From Bacteroidota bacterium (lineage in GTDB: Bacteria > Bacteroidota > Bacteroidia > B-17B0 > Aurantibacillaceae): DNA of 64,000 bases. The position numbers and the translations under genes are program-made. The stretch covers positions 7,828 through 71,827 of the forward strand of contig JAUXSA010000138.1 of assembly GCA_030681615.1 (NCBI GenBank), written 5' to 3'. Shown here one piece after another: positions 7,901-17,429 of the stretch; within the stretch, counting starts at the first letter, position 1, and each line of letters opens with the position of its first letter. The notes under the pieces were generated by a model. The model saw only the letters and a list, made by a program, of their open reading frames with translations, did not search any database and was not told the origin of the DNA.

Positions 7901-10900
7901 CTAATTTAGTATAACTAATTTTTCAGTTTTTTCAGCTTTTTGATTTTCGGTGTTAATTATAGCCAATTTATAAACGTAAACACCTCTTCCCAGTTTGTCG
8001 CCATATTCATCTTTTCCATCCCAGTCAATGCCTTCAGGCCTAAATCCTTCACATGTTACATTTTTTTGAATGGTTTTAACCACTTTGCCGCTTATTGTAA
8101 ATATTTGGATAGTAATTTTTAAAGGATTGCAGGCCTGGTTATGCTCTAAATAAAATTTAGTAGTGGTTGTGAATGGATTAGGATAATTTAAAACATGTGT
8201 TAAAGCCAATTCTGCACTGTGCGCAACAACAAAATCTGAACTAACTGTAGCTGAATTGTTTTGAATATCCCATGCCTTAAAGGTTAGTCGGTGGTTGCCT
8301 TCGGCCAATTCATCAAATGGATAACGTAATTTACCACTTTGATAACTGTTTAAATTGGCCTCGTAATAATCATTTAAAACAGTAGGTTTACTGCTGTTCT
8401 CGTCTAAAATAACGGTAATATCATGTCCGATGCTTGATCCAACTGTATTTATACCGCTAGAATCGGTAAGGTTAGCGTATAAAATCGGCTTTTCATTGGT
8501 GGTGCCGCCACTTACAAAACCTTTCTCGTTTAAATAGATGCTTAGTTGCGGCGGATCATTATCGATGATCGGATTTTTAGCGCTGCCACCAACTTTTACT
8601 TTATCGGTATAGCCTGTTGCATCTGTTTGTCCGTTAGTTGCATAATAACTTATTTTACCTGGCCCTATAGCAAAACTTATATCTTTTGGAACGATGAATG
8701 TAAATGAAAAATCGCCGTTGGTTACCTGAGCTTTACCATGGTATAAAATATTTTTTTGAAGTGTAAAATTAAACGGAACACCTAAGGTATTATAATAAGA
8801 GTCGGCATCGTTCAATAAACAGGTGAGATTCTCTTCTTTATCAAAAACGGTTGGATAAACGATACCATTAAAATTCGATAATTTATTTCCCATTGTATCT
8901 GCAACAAAGCCCGTAACCGTTATTTTTGCAAGTGCAGCAATTGTATCAATACTTGTGGGAGTAACAAGGTTATTATTTATTTTAGAGGTAATAACCTTTT
9001 GTTTTGGGTAGGCCAGTGGCAATGCCGGATCGCCTAACAAATGGAAGTTTGCGTAGTAAATAGATTGTCCTAAAATTGCTTTTGTTTCCTGGATAACATC
9101 TCCTAATGCAGGCATTTTTCCATTTGGCAATTTTTTAAATAAATAACTAAATAAGCTAGTATTTAAAACAAAATTGGTAGAGGAAAATGCAAGGCGGCAA
9201 GTAGTTAATAATGCAATTGAACCGCCTTTTGGATTTAAAAGACAAAGCTCACCGGCTGAAGTTCTGCTCGGATCATCATATCGGCTAAACTCGCAGGTTG
9301 CTGTTACAAAAAGTGGTAGTCTGTTAAAATTATCCAGTGCGTTAATGGTTGGCACATCTAAGATCCTTTCACCTGTAATTCCAACTTCGCCGCCATGACC
9401 GGTGTAATTAAATACCAGCGCACCTTTTTTAAAACGACGTAAAAGATCTTCGGCAGCATCAGGATATCTTTGTCCGCCGGGAGTAGAGAATTGCTGATAC
9501 GAATCAAGATAAATTTTATCAATATTATAATTAGGATATGTAGAATGTAAAACGTTGGATAACTGATCTGCCTGGTACATGTGTGTTGATTGATCTTCAT
9601 CATCACCAAGGAAAACAACCCAATTTCTCCAGTCGCCAAATGGTGATGCAGTAGTTGTGTTACAATTTTCAGGAGTTGATTCTTCAATTTTAAAGTCAGG
9701 ATCTTTTCTATAATAATTCTCAATTTTATTTACAACATTAGTGACTTCGTTTAAATTTTTGCATGTTAAGCGGCCAACACCAATATCCATAGTACCAACG
9801 CCTTCTGCATTGGCACCTTCATTAGGGTCCATTAGTCCGTAAAAATCATCAGATGCTGTGCTGTTCAAAAAAGATTTTGAATCTAACGTTTCGTAGGTTG
9901 GAATTAAATTACTGTTGGTTAATACATTTCTGTTTATGTTATCATAAGAACCATCTCCAACCAAAACAACATATTTTACTTGTTTGCCTGAAGAAATATT
10001 TCTGCTGTAAAGCATCCGTATAAAATCCCTGATTCCTGAAATATCGGGTCTTCCACTGCTAAACTCGTTATAGATCTGGTCAATTGTTGCAACAACATAA
10101 GTTAATCCTTCCTGCTGCTGATGAAGGTTTGCTAGACGTTGTGCCTGCGCTGTAAATAATGGATGTGTAATAACAACATAATCTGCCTGTTGCACATTGT
10201 GCAGGTTTTGATTAGCAATTTTGCCTACAAATTTAGGCGTATAAAGGTCTATAGTAGATGTAACTGCATACGTATTTAAAGAGTCGGCATTTGCAATAAA
10301 ATTAATTATACCGCTGCCTGTGTAGGCTTGCGCGTATGGATTAATTGGATCGGTTATATTCCAAAGAATTGGTGTTAGGGCTTGTAAATTTGTAATATTA
10401 AAACTGCAAATATTGCCCGGAGCGGTTATCCTTGTATCTCTGAATTCAAATTGTTTATTGGTAAAAGTTAAATTTCTGCGGGCATTTATAGTTATCTTAT
10501 CTAACCAGGCTATGCAATTAGAGGTTTGTTTTGAAATATTTAAACTAATTATGTTAGCATCGTTCAATAATCCTTTACCTTGTTTAGTAGCGTCGGCCAC
10601 ATAATCGGCCAGGTAATTATTTACATTAACAGCGCCTGTGCTTAAAGTATAATTTAATCCTGCACCACTTACCTGGTATATGCCGCCGGCAATGCCCCTT
10701 CCGGCAATAGTTACTTCAGACACAATGGTGTCGCCCACAACAAAATTGCCATCACTCCAGTTAAACCCATAATTGGTAGTAATATCAAAATATTCGCCAT
10801 AAAACTGGCGACCGCTTTTTACGAAATTTGTTTGATTACTTTCGGTGTAATTATAATAATCGTAAGAGGTGCTTGTAATGTTGGAAGGCACTGTTATTGC

Positions 10901-11827
10901 AGGGGGAGAGGCAACACGTTTTCCTGCACCAAGATCAACATTGATAAAATAAAAACTTGTATCGCTGTAAAGATTTTTTTCGTGCCTGAACTTTAAACCC
11001 GTTTGCGCACCTGTTTTTGTCCAGCCGGTAGCGTCGCGGCCATAAAATAAAATGTAATCTGTATCATTAAAAACATTATCACTTTCGCCAATAACCTGTA
11101 TGGCATTTTCTTCAAGATCATCATATCTGAAAGCCGAATTTAATTCGGGTAACATTCTGCCACCGTTACCATAAACCCTTATGTTCTTGGGATTAAGGCC
11201 ATTTAAATTTACACCCATGGCCGCTAAAAATTGTTTGTCAATTTTATAAAAACCAGTTTTAGTTATACCGATTTTAAACCAATCGCCGGTAGCTAAAATA
11301 GAGTTATTCTTAAAAGCTGTGGCGCTGTTGGCCCGGCGGTTATTATCGGTAGCGATTTGCCAGGTAACAGAATGATCAATTAATTCTTCAACCTGGTTTA
11401 AACTATTTAATCTAAATGGAATTAAACGATGTTGATTGAGGTTCTCATTTTTGCATAAACTTTGGGTTGAAATAAGCTCAAAATTTTGGGTTAAAAATTT
11501 ACCAAATTGTTTTTTAATATTCGTAGCGTGAGGCTCTGTAACTATTTCTGTTTTTTGAATTATTAAAGTAGGCTTTGCATTTTGATTATATGGCGTAGCC
11601 CTTGATATGAGAAAGTATGGAAGGTTATTTTTTTTGTGATCGTAATGTGCATTTTTCATTTCAACTTTAAGTAAAACTGAATCAATTTGATTAGAAGAAA
11701 TTATATTTGAAGTTTTATTTTTAGTTGTTTGCTCAATATTTAGATTTTGAGCTAAGTTTCTTTGACTAAAGAGAGAACTACTAAAAATAAAACCTACAAC
11801 AAAAATGCTATTTCTAAGAAAAATCAT
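7901..11827 (-). CDS. porU: type IX secretion system sortase PorU (C25 gingipain-like peptidase)
   Basis: About 1300 aa with a C25-like core (..VVLVGDGSYD.., ..YTGHGGE.., ..FVTATCEFS..) and a C-terminal T9SS-type beta-sandwich (NYPNPFTTTTKF...KLVILN). The track ORF extends to 11878; the ATG at 11827 gives a normal signal peptide. Confidence 0.8.
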   Translation of the reverse strand: MIFLRNSIFVVGFIFSSSLFSQRNLAQNLNIEQTTKNKTSNIISSNQIDSVLLKVEMKNAHYDHKKNNLPYFLISRATPYNQNAKPTLIIQKTEIVTEPHATNIKKQFGKFLTQNFELISTQSLCKNENLNQHRLIPFRLNSLNQVEELIDHSVTWQIATDNNRRANSATAFKNNSILATGDWFKIGITKTGFYKIDKQFLAAMGVNLNGLNPKNIRVYGNGGRMLPELNSAFRYDDLEENAIQVIGESDNVFNDTDYILFYGRDATGWTKTGAQTGLKFRHEKNLYSDTSFYFINVDLGAGKRVASPPAITVPSNITSTSYDYYNYTESNQTNFVKSGRQFYGEYFDITTNYGFNWSDGNFVVGDTIVSEVTIAGRGIAGGIYQVSGAGLNYTLSTGAVNVNNYLADYVADATKQGKGLLNDANIISLNISKQTSNCIAWLDKITINARRNLTFTNKQFEFRDTRITAPGNICSFNITNLQALTPILWNITDPINPYAQAYTGSGIINFIANADSLNTYAVTSTIDLYTPKFVGKIANQNLHNVQQADYVVITHPLFTAQAQRLANLHQQQEGLTYVVATIDQIYNEFSSGRPDISGIRDFIRMLYSRNISSGKQVKYVVLVGDGSYDNINRNVLTNSNLIPTYETLDSKSFLNSTASDDFYGLMDPNEGANAEGVGTMDIGVGRLTCKNLNEVTNVVNKIENYYRKDPDFKIEESTPENCNTTTASPFGDWRNWVVFLGDDEDQSTHMYQADQLSNVLHSTYPNYNIDKIYLDSYQQFSTPGGQRYPDAAEDLLRRFKKGALVFNYTGHGGEVGITGERILDVPTINALDNFNRLPLFVTATCEFSRYDDPSRTSAGELCLLNPKGGSIALLTTCRLAFSSTNFVLNTSLFSYLFKKLPNGKMPALGDVIQETKAILGQSIYYANFHLLGDPALPLAYPKQKVITSKINNNLVTPTSIDTIAALAKITVTGFVADTMGNKLSNFNGIVYPTVFDKEENLTCLLNDADSYYNTLGVPFNFTLQKNILYHGKAQVTNGDFSFTFIVPKDISFAIGPGKISYYATNGQTDATGYTDKVKVGGSAKNPIIDNDPPQLSIYLNEKGFVSGGTTNEKPILYANLTDSSGINTVGSSIGHDITVILDENSSKPTVLNDYYEANLNSYQSGKLRYPFDELAEGNHRLTFKAWDIQNNSATVSSDFVVAHSAELALTHVLNYPNPFTTTTKFYLEHNQACNPLKITIQIFTISGKVVKTIQKNVTCEGFRPEGIDWDGKDEYGDKLGRGVYVYKLAIINTENQKAEKTEKLVILN

Positions 11828-11953
11828 ATATTTGGTAAAATTAAAGGATTTACAACATATAAACGATTTAGGTATCAAATTATTGTTAAGATTTATTTTT
11901 GTTTTTGAAAAGGTTTTTATATATTTGTAGAATAGGTTAGGTTAACAATTTTT

Positions 11954-12901
11954 ATGAATCGACGCATACTGTTACCATTATTAGTGTTCTCAGTGTTTTT
12001 ATTAGACTTAAAAGCGCAAGATCCACAATTCACGCAATTCTACGCGAACCCTTTATACTTGAACCCTGCTTTTGCAGGCACTGCAAGATGTCCAAGGATA
12101 TGCCTGAACTATCGTAACCAATGGCCCAACCTTTCGGGTACTTACGTAACTTACTCTGCTTCTTACGATATGCACTTAGATGCATTAGCCGGTGGAATAG
12201 GCGCTTTAGTTACTACTGATGATCAGGCTAGAGGAACTTTAAAAACAACAAATTTTAGTATCTTGTATTCATACCATGCTGCCGTAACAAGGGAATTCTC
12301 TTTAAAATTCGGAATCCAGGCAACTTATATGCAAAAATCTTTAGATAAAACAAAATTAAATTTTGGTGATATGATTGATGCCAGAAGAGGTTTCGTGTGG
12401 AATACACAAGAAGCTGTACCTTCTCAAAGCAAACGTAATGCCGATTTTTCTGCTGGTTTATTAGGTTACAGCAAATATTATTTCTTTGGTTTTGCAGCTC
12501 ACCATATTAATCAGCCTGATGAAGGTTTATTAGGTACTTCAAAACTACCGGCTAAATTTACAGGTCACGCTGGGGCAATTATCCCATTAGAAAAAGGTAA
12601 TGCCAGCTACCTGTCGCCAAACATCTTATTTCAACAACAACAAAAGTTCAGCCAGCTTAATTTAGGTCTTTATTATGTTAAAGGTGCTTTTGTAGCAGGT
12701 TTATGGTATAGAAATGCGGATGCTGTTATTGCCCTTGTAGGTATTCAAAACGCTAATTTTAAATTTGGCTACAGTTATGACATAACTGTCTCAAAATTAA
12801 GTGGTAACACGGCGGGCTCGCACGAAATTTCGTTGCAGATCCAGTTCGAATGTAAGCCAAAACGTAAGAAATATCGTACTATCAGTTGTCCATCATTTTA
12901 A
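11954..12901 (+). CDS. PorP/SprF family type IX secretion membrane protein
   Basis: Signal peptide followed by the hallmark QDPQFTQFYANPLYLNPAFAG. 315 aa. Immediately upstream of gldJ. Confidence 0.8.
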   Translation: MNRRILLPLLVFSVFLLDLKAQDPQFTQFYANPLYLNPAFAGTARCPRICLNYRNQWPNLSGTYVTYSASYDMHLDALAGGIGALVTTDDQARGTLKTTNFSILYSYHAAVTREFSLKFGIQATYMQKSLDKTKLNFGDMIDARRGFVWNTQEAVPSQSKRNADFSAGLLGYSKYYFFGFAAHHINQPDEGLLGTSKLPAKFTGHAGAIIPLEKGNASYLSPNILFQQQQKFSQLNLGLYYVKGAFVAGLWYRNADAVIALVGIQNANFKFGYSYDITVSKLSGNTAGSHEISLQIQFECKPKRKKYRTISCPSF

Positions 12902-12960
12902 TTATTTTTGTAACCTTTTAAATAAAATAACGTTATAGCGTTGTACCAATAGTTAATACT

Positions 12961-14625
12961 ATGAATATAAAATGGATAAAAAAACCAGGATCGTTAGCCT
13001 TAATTATGGCAGCAATTGTGGTTTCATGTTCTCAGGAACGCTCACCAGTTACAGGTTGGGCTTATAATGATCCTACTAACGGCGGTTTTGAAAAACCACC
13101 TTACGAGGAGCAGGAAACAGGACCGGGCCTTGTGCTTATTGAAGGCGGTACCTTTTCTATGGGACGTACAGAAACAGATGTTACCTATGAATGGAACAAC
13201 GTGGCCCGCAGGGTTACGATCTCTTCATTTTATATGGATGAGACAGAGGTAAGTAATTTCTCTTATTTAGAGTATTTATTCTGGACAAGCCGTGTATTTG
13301 GACCAACTTTCCCGGATATTTATTATAAGGCGTTGCCTGATACTTTGGTTTGGCGCGAAAAATTAGCTTATAACGAGCCTTACGTTGAATATTATTTACG
13401 TCACCCGGCTTACCGTGATTATCCGGTAGTTGGCGTTAACTGGTTACAGGCAAATGATTTTTGCGCCTGGAGAACTGACCGTGTTAACGAATTCATCTTA
13501 ATTCGTGAAGGTTTATTGGAACACGTTCCAAGCCCTTCAGATCAGGATTATTTCTCTACTGAAGCTTATTTATCAGGTAAATGGCAAGGACAATTAAAAC
13601 AAAAATTACCTTCTTTTGACGAGCAAAATCCAGAGCGCGATGTACGTATGGAAGATGGTATCTTTTTACCAAAATACCGTCTACCAACAGAAGCTGAGTG
13701 GGAATATGCTGCTTATGGTTTAATTGGTAATACTATTGGTGAGCGTATCACAGATCGTCGTATCTATCCTTGGAACGGACACGGTGTTCGTAACGCTACT
13801 GATAAATATATGGGTCAGATCAATGCTAACTTCGTACGTGGTGCCGGTGACTACATGGGTACTGCAGGCTTCTTAAATGATAACGCCGACGTTACTGCTC
13901 CGGTTTATTCATACTGGCCAAATGATTATGGTTTATATAACATGTCAGGTAACGTGTGTGAGTGGGTAATGGACGTTTATCGCCCTAACACGTTACAGGA
14001 TGCTGATGAGTTCCGTCCTTTCCGTGGTAATGTATTTACTACACAAAAACGTGATAGTACTACCTTAATTGGTGGTTTAGGTGGAGAGATCCTTACTAAC
14101 GTTGACGGACCTGTTTATCAGAAATTCAAGCATAAAGTTAATACTCCTACAACTCACGGTGTGAGCGGCGAAACAGCTGAGGTTGTTGATAGCGTATTAA
14201 CTATCATGACAAATGATATTAACGGTAACAACAATGCTACTCAAGAAGGTAAATCAGACATCCCCGGACGTGTGCAATGGAGAGAAGTTTCCAGTGCAGT
14301 ATCTACGGATAATTTAGATGAGCGTAGAAATTATAAAACAGCCGACTATATTAATTATATGGATGGTGATGTTAACTCTAGTATCTTCTACGAAGAAGGT
14401 GAAGACGCATATGCTGAAAAATCTGATAAGATGATGTATGAATATGCAAAAACATCTTTAGTAAATGATAAATCACGTGTTTATAAAGGTGGTAGCTGGA
14501 GAGACCGTGCATACTTCTTAAATCCAGGCGTACGTAGGTTCTTAGATCAACGCCAGGCTAACGCATGGTTAGGTTTCCGTTGTGCTATGACACGCGTAGG
14601 TAGCCCTGTTGGATTAGGAAAATAA
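12961..14625 (+). CDS. gldJ: gliding motility lipoprotein GldJ (FGE-sulfatase/SUMF1-like fold)
   Basis: Lipobox VVSCS, GGTFSMGR and RLPTEAEWEYAA motifs, C-terminal GGSWRD...LGFRC. The gldJ-murF synteny is known from Flavobacterium. Confidence 0.85.
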   Translation: MNIKWIKKPGSLALIMAAIVVSCSQERSPVTGWAYNDPTNGGFEKPPYEEQETGPGLVLIEGGTFSMGRTETDVTYEWNNVARRVTISSFYMDETEVSNFSYLEYLFWTSRVFGPTFPDIYYKALPDTLVWREKLAYNEPYVEYYLRHPAYRDYPVVGVNWLQANDFCAWRTDRVNEFILIREGLLEHVPSPSDQDYFSTEAYLSGKWQGQLKQKLPSFDEQNPERDVRMEDGIFLPKYRLPTEAEWEYAAYGLIGNTIGERITDRRIYPWNGHGVRNATDKYMGQINANFVRGAGDYMGTAGFLNDNADVTAPVYSYWPNDYGLYNMSGNVCEWVMDVYRPNTLQDADEFRPFRGNVFTTQKRDSTTLIGGLGGEILTNVDGPVYQKFKHKVNTPTTHGVSGETAEVVDSVLTIMTNDINGNNNATQEGKSDIPGRVQWREVSSAVSTDNLDERRNYKTADYINYMDGDVNSSIFYEEGEDAYAEKSDKMMYEYAKTSLVNDKSRVYKGGSWRDRAYFLNPGVRRFLDQRQANAWLGFRCAMTRVGSPVGLGK

Positions 14626-14647
14626 TATTGTTAATAATATAACAAAA

Positions 14648-14678
14648 CCCTTAAGCAAATAGCTTAAGGGTTTTTTTT
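14648..14678 (+). terminator. rho-independent terminator of gldJ
   Basis: 9 bp stem cccttaagc / gcttaaggg with a 5 nt loop, followed by T8. Confidence 0.8.
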
Positions 14679-14688
14679 ATTTTGTACC

Positions 14689-16005
14689 ATGTCTAAATTT
14701 ATTTCGGTTGAAGAACTGTATACGTTTTATTTAAAAGCAGGTCAAAAGATCTGTACAGATACGCGCAAACTGGAATCAGGCTCTGTTTTCTTTGCATTAA
14801 AAGGTGGCAATTTTAATGCTAACGAATTTGCACAAAAAGCAATTGAGGCTGGTTGTAGTATAGCAGTAGTTGATGAAGAAAAATATGTTACCGGCCCAAA
14901 AGTTGTTTTGGTTGCCGATGTTTTAAAAGCGCTGCAAGTCTTAGCCACTTATCATCGCAGGCAATTTACAATTCCCTTCTTAGCCATTACCGGCAGCAAC
15001 GGAAAAACAACCAACAAAGAATTAATTAACGCTATACTTTCTAAAAAATTTAAAACCCTTGCAACCATTGGTAATTTAAATAATCATATAGGTGTGCCGC
15101 TTACTTTATTAAATATAAAAGCAGAGCATGAATTTGCAATTATAGAAATGGGCGCTAATCACCAGGGAGAAATAAATGAACTGTGTGAGATCGCAGAACC
15201 TGATTTCGGATTGATCACTAACATTGGAAAAGCTCATTTAGAGGGCTTTGGCGGGGAAGAGGGCATTAAAAAAGGAAAGAGCGAATTATACAAATACATT
15301 AAAACAAAGAGCGGAAAGGTGTTTGTAAATGGAGATGATGAAGTTTTGTATGACCTTGCTTTTAATAATGATAAGATCACTTACGGTTGTAAAAAACTAT
15401 ATGATGTAATTGGAAAAGATTGCACCACTGCCGAAACCGTAAGTTTAAAATACACCACGCGTTACAACGAAAAAGATTTTAATAAATTGCCGGTGATCAA
15501 CACACAAATTGTTGGTTCGTATAATTTTATTAATTGCCTTACCGCAGCCTGTGTAGGAAATTATTTTAAAGTAGAAGATGGGCTTATTAAAGATGCTTTA
15601 GAGAACTATTTACCTAATATGAACCGCTCTCAATTGGTAAAAACGAAGCGTAATACCATTTTGCTGGATGCCTACAATGCCAACCCCAACAGTATGTGGG
15701 CAGCTATTGAAAATTTTGCCAATTATCGCTCCGATAAAAAATTACTGCTCCTGGGCGATATGTTCGAATTAGGAGAATTTAGTCACGACGAACATCAAAA
15801 AATAGTTAACTTGCTGCAGGAAAAAAAATTAAATAATGTGGTGTTAGTTGGCAACGAATTTTTTAAGCTCGACAACCCATTTAAAAAATTTAAGACCACG
15901 CAAGAATGTTTAACGTATTTAAAAGACCTGAATGTATCTGATAATACTATTTTAATTAAAGGTTCGCGCGGAATGAAAATGGAAGTGTTACAGGAAGTAT
16001 TATAA
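14689..16005 (+). CDS. murF: UDP-N-acetylmuramoyl-tripeptide--D-alanyl-D-alanine ligase
   Basis: Mur ligase P-loop ITGSNGKTT and C-terminal ...DAYNANPNSM... and ...IKGSRGMKME motifs. Confidence 0.85.
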   Translation: MSKFISVEELYTFYLKAGQKICTDTRKLESGSVFFALKGGNFNANEFAQKAIEAGCSIAVVDEEKYVTGPKVVLVADVLKALQVLATYHRRQFTIPFLAITGSNGKTTNKELINAILSKKFKTLATIGNLNNHIGVPLTLLNIKAEHEFAIIEMGANHQGEINELCEIAEPDFGLITNIGKAHLEGFGGEEGIKKGKSELYKYIKTKSGKVFVNGDDEVLYDLAFNNDKITYGCKKLYDVIGKDCTTAETVSLKYTTRYNEKDFNKLPVINTQIVGSYNFINCLTAACVGNYFKVEDGLIKDALENYLPNMNRSQLVKTKRNTILLDAYNANPNSMWAAIENFANYRSDKKLLLLGDMFELGEFSHDEHQKIVNLLQEKKLNNVVLVGNEFFKLDNPFKKFKTTQECLTYLKDLNVSDNTILIKGSRGMKMEVLQEVL

Positions 16006-16006
16006 T

Positions 16007-17344
16007 ATGAATTATTTCAAAAAAAATAAATTAATAAGTTTTATTATTCTAACCATGATCGTTGGCTTGATCCTTGGTTATTTAATAAACAAATCCATTA
16101 CAAACAATCAATTTAAATACGATAGAAGCAAATTAAGCTCAATAACAAATCCTAAGGTAAAGGAGCAAGTAGAAAATGCTATTGTTAAGTATGAGGAAAA
16201 ATGTTTCGTTGAAGAAAAAAAAAATATTGCATCTAACTATTCAATTTTAAGCGATATTTTTTTGCACCTTATTAAAATGATCATTGCGCCCCTGGTTTTA
16301 GCGGTTTTGGTAATCGGTGTTTCCAAAGTAGGTGATTTTAAAAGTGTGGGTCGGATAGGGTTAAAGACGCTTGTTTATTTTACTTCTGCCACCTTAATTG
16401 CTTTGGCTCTCGGATTGGTGATCGTAAATGTGTTTGAACCCGGAAAAGTGATGGACCTTAAGAAACCTGAAGTTAATGCTTCAACAGGTGTGAAGGCTTC
16501 AGCACAAACCTCTTCTAATTTTATAGATCATGTTATTCCCGAAAGTATCATACGCGCTATGGCGGCCAACGATATCCTGCCAATAGTTGTATTTGCTTTA
16601 TTTTTTGGTGTGGCTGCCGCAAGTATTGGCGAGCATGGTAAACCCATCATCAGGGCTTTTGATAGTTTAAGTCATGTAATGTTCAAGGTTACTAATTTTG
16701 TAATGAACTTTGCGCCAATAGGCGTTTTTGGAGCCATTACGGCGGTCGTCATACAGCAGGGGCTTGATGTTTTGGTTGGTTATCGCAATTTAGTGTTATG
16801 TTTTTTTGGAGGTTTAGTCTTTTTTGTATTCGTTGTCTTGTATGTGATCAGTTTAGCGTTTAAAATCAATTATTTTAAACTGTTAAAGGATATTAAGGAA
16901 CCAATCTTGCTGGCTTTTAGTACCGCCAGTAGCGAAAGCGCCATGCCAAAGACCATTGAGGCTCTTGAAAAACATGGCATCAGCAACCGTATAGTAAGTT
17001 TTGTTTTACCTCTTGGATACTCTTTTAACCTCGATGGTAGCATCATGTATATGACCTTTGCCACGGTTTTTATCGCTCAAAGTTACGGTATCGACCTTAG
17101 CATGGCCGACCAGATAAAAATGATGCTCATCCTTTTAATTACAAGTAAAGGTATGGCCGGTGTTCCCCGCGCCTCGCTGGTGGTTATTGCCGGCATGTTA
17201 AGCATGTTCAAGATCCCCGGCGAAGGGCTGTTATTGCTTCTTGCGGTTGATCAATTTCTGGATATGGGTCGTAGCGCAACTAATGTGGTAGGTAACGCTG
17301 TAGCTAGCGCCGTTGTGGCCAAACTGGAAGGCGAAAAATTCTAA
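16007..17344 (+). CDS. dicarboxylate/amino acid:cation symporter (DAACS/GltP family)
   Basis: Polytopic. Conserved FSTASSESAMP, NLDGS and VDQFLDMGRSATNVVGN motifs. Confidence 0.85.
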   Translation: MNYFKKNKLISFIILTMIVGLILGYLINKSITNNQFKYDRSKLSSITNPKVKEQVENAIVKYEEKCFVEEKKNIASNYSILSDIFLHLIKMIIAPLVLAVLVIGVSKVGDFKSVGRIGLKTLVYFTSATLIALALGLVIVNVFEPGKVMDLKKPEVNASTGVKASAQTSSNFIDHVIPESIIRAMAANDILPIVVFALFFGVAAASIGEHGKPIIRAFDSLSHVMFKVTNFVMNFAPIGVFGAITAVVIQQGLDVLVGYRNLVLCFFGGLVFFVFVVLYVISLAFKINYFKLLKDIKEPILLAFSTASSESAMPKTIEALEKHGISNRIVSFVLPLGYSFNLDGSIMYMTFATVFIAQSYGIDLSMADQIKMMLILLITSKGMAGVPRASLVVIAGMLSMFKIPGEGLLLLLAVDQFLDMGRSATNVVGNAVASAVVAKLEGEKF

Positions 17345-17429
17345 ATTACCTTTTATCCCTTTTGTGAATTTTTCTGAGCGATAATCTTTCAAAAAATGCT
17401 AAATTTGCCTCGTTTTAAATTAGTAAACT

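Noticed and set aside
9174-9723. ORFs 9174-9398 (plus strand) and 9358-9723 (minus strand, alternate frame) inside porU. The same applies to other short internal or antisense ORFs: 59-331, 324-518, 2639-2863, 4461-4673, 4943-5191, 7656-7904, 7940-8122, 10413-10604, 13016-13252, 14742-14948, 16870-17064, 21526-21708, 22605-22832, 22941-23174, 25219-25407, 31732-31920, 32465-32677, 34665-34976, 34825-35076, 38246-38491, 41705-42098, 43746-43958, 46112-46345, 47174-47374, 47997-48459, 50268-50480, 51580-52403, 56301-56850, 58046-58228, 58626-58862, 60953-61174 and 62288-62512.
   Set aside because: Each overlaps a longer ORF with clear family motifs. Long spurious frames of this kind are expected in AT-rich DNA.
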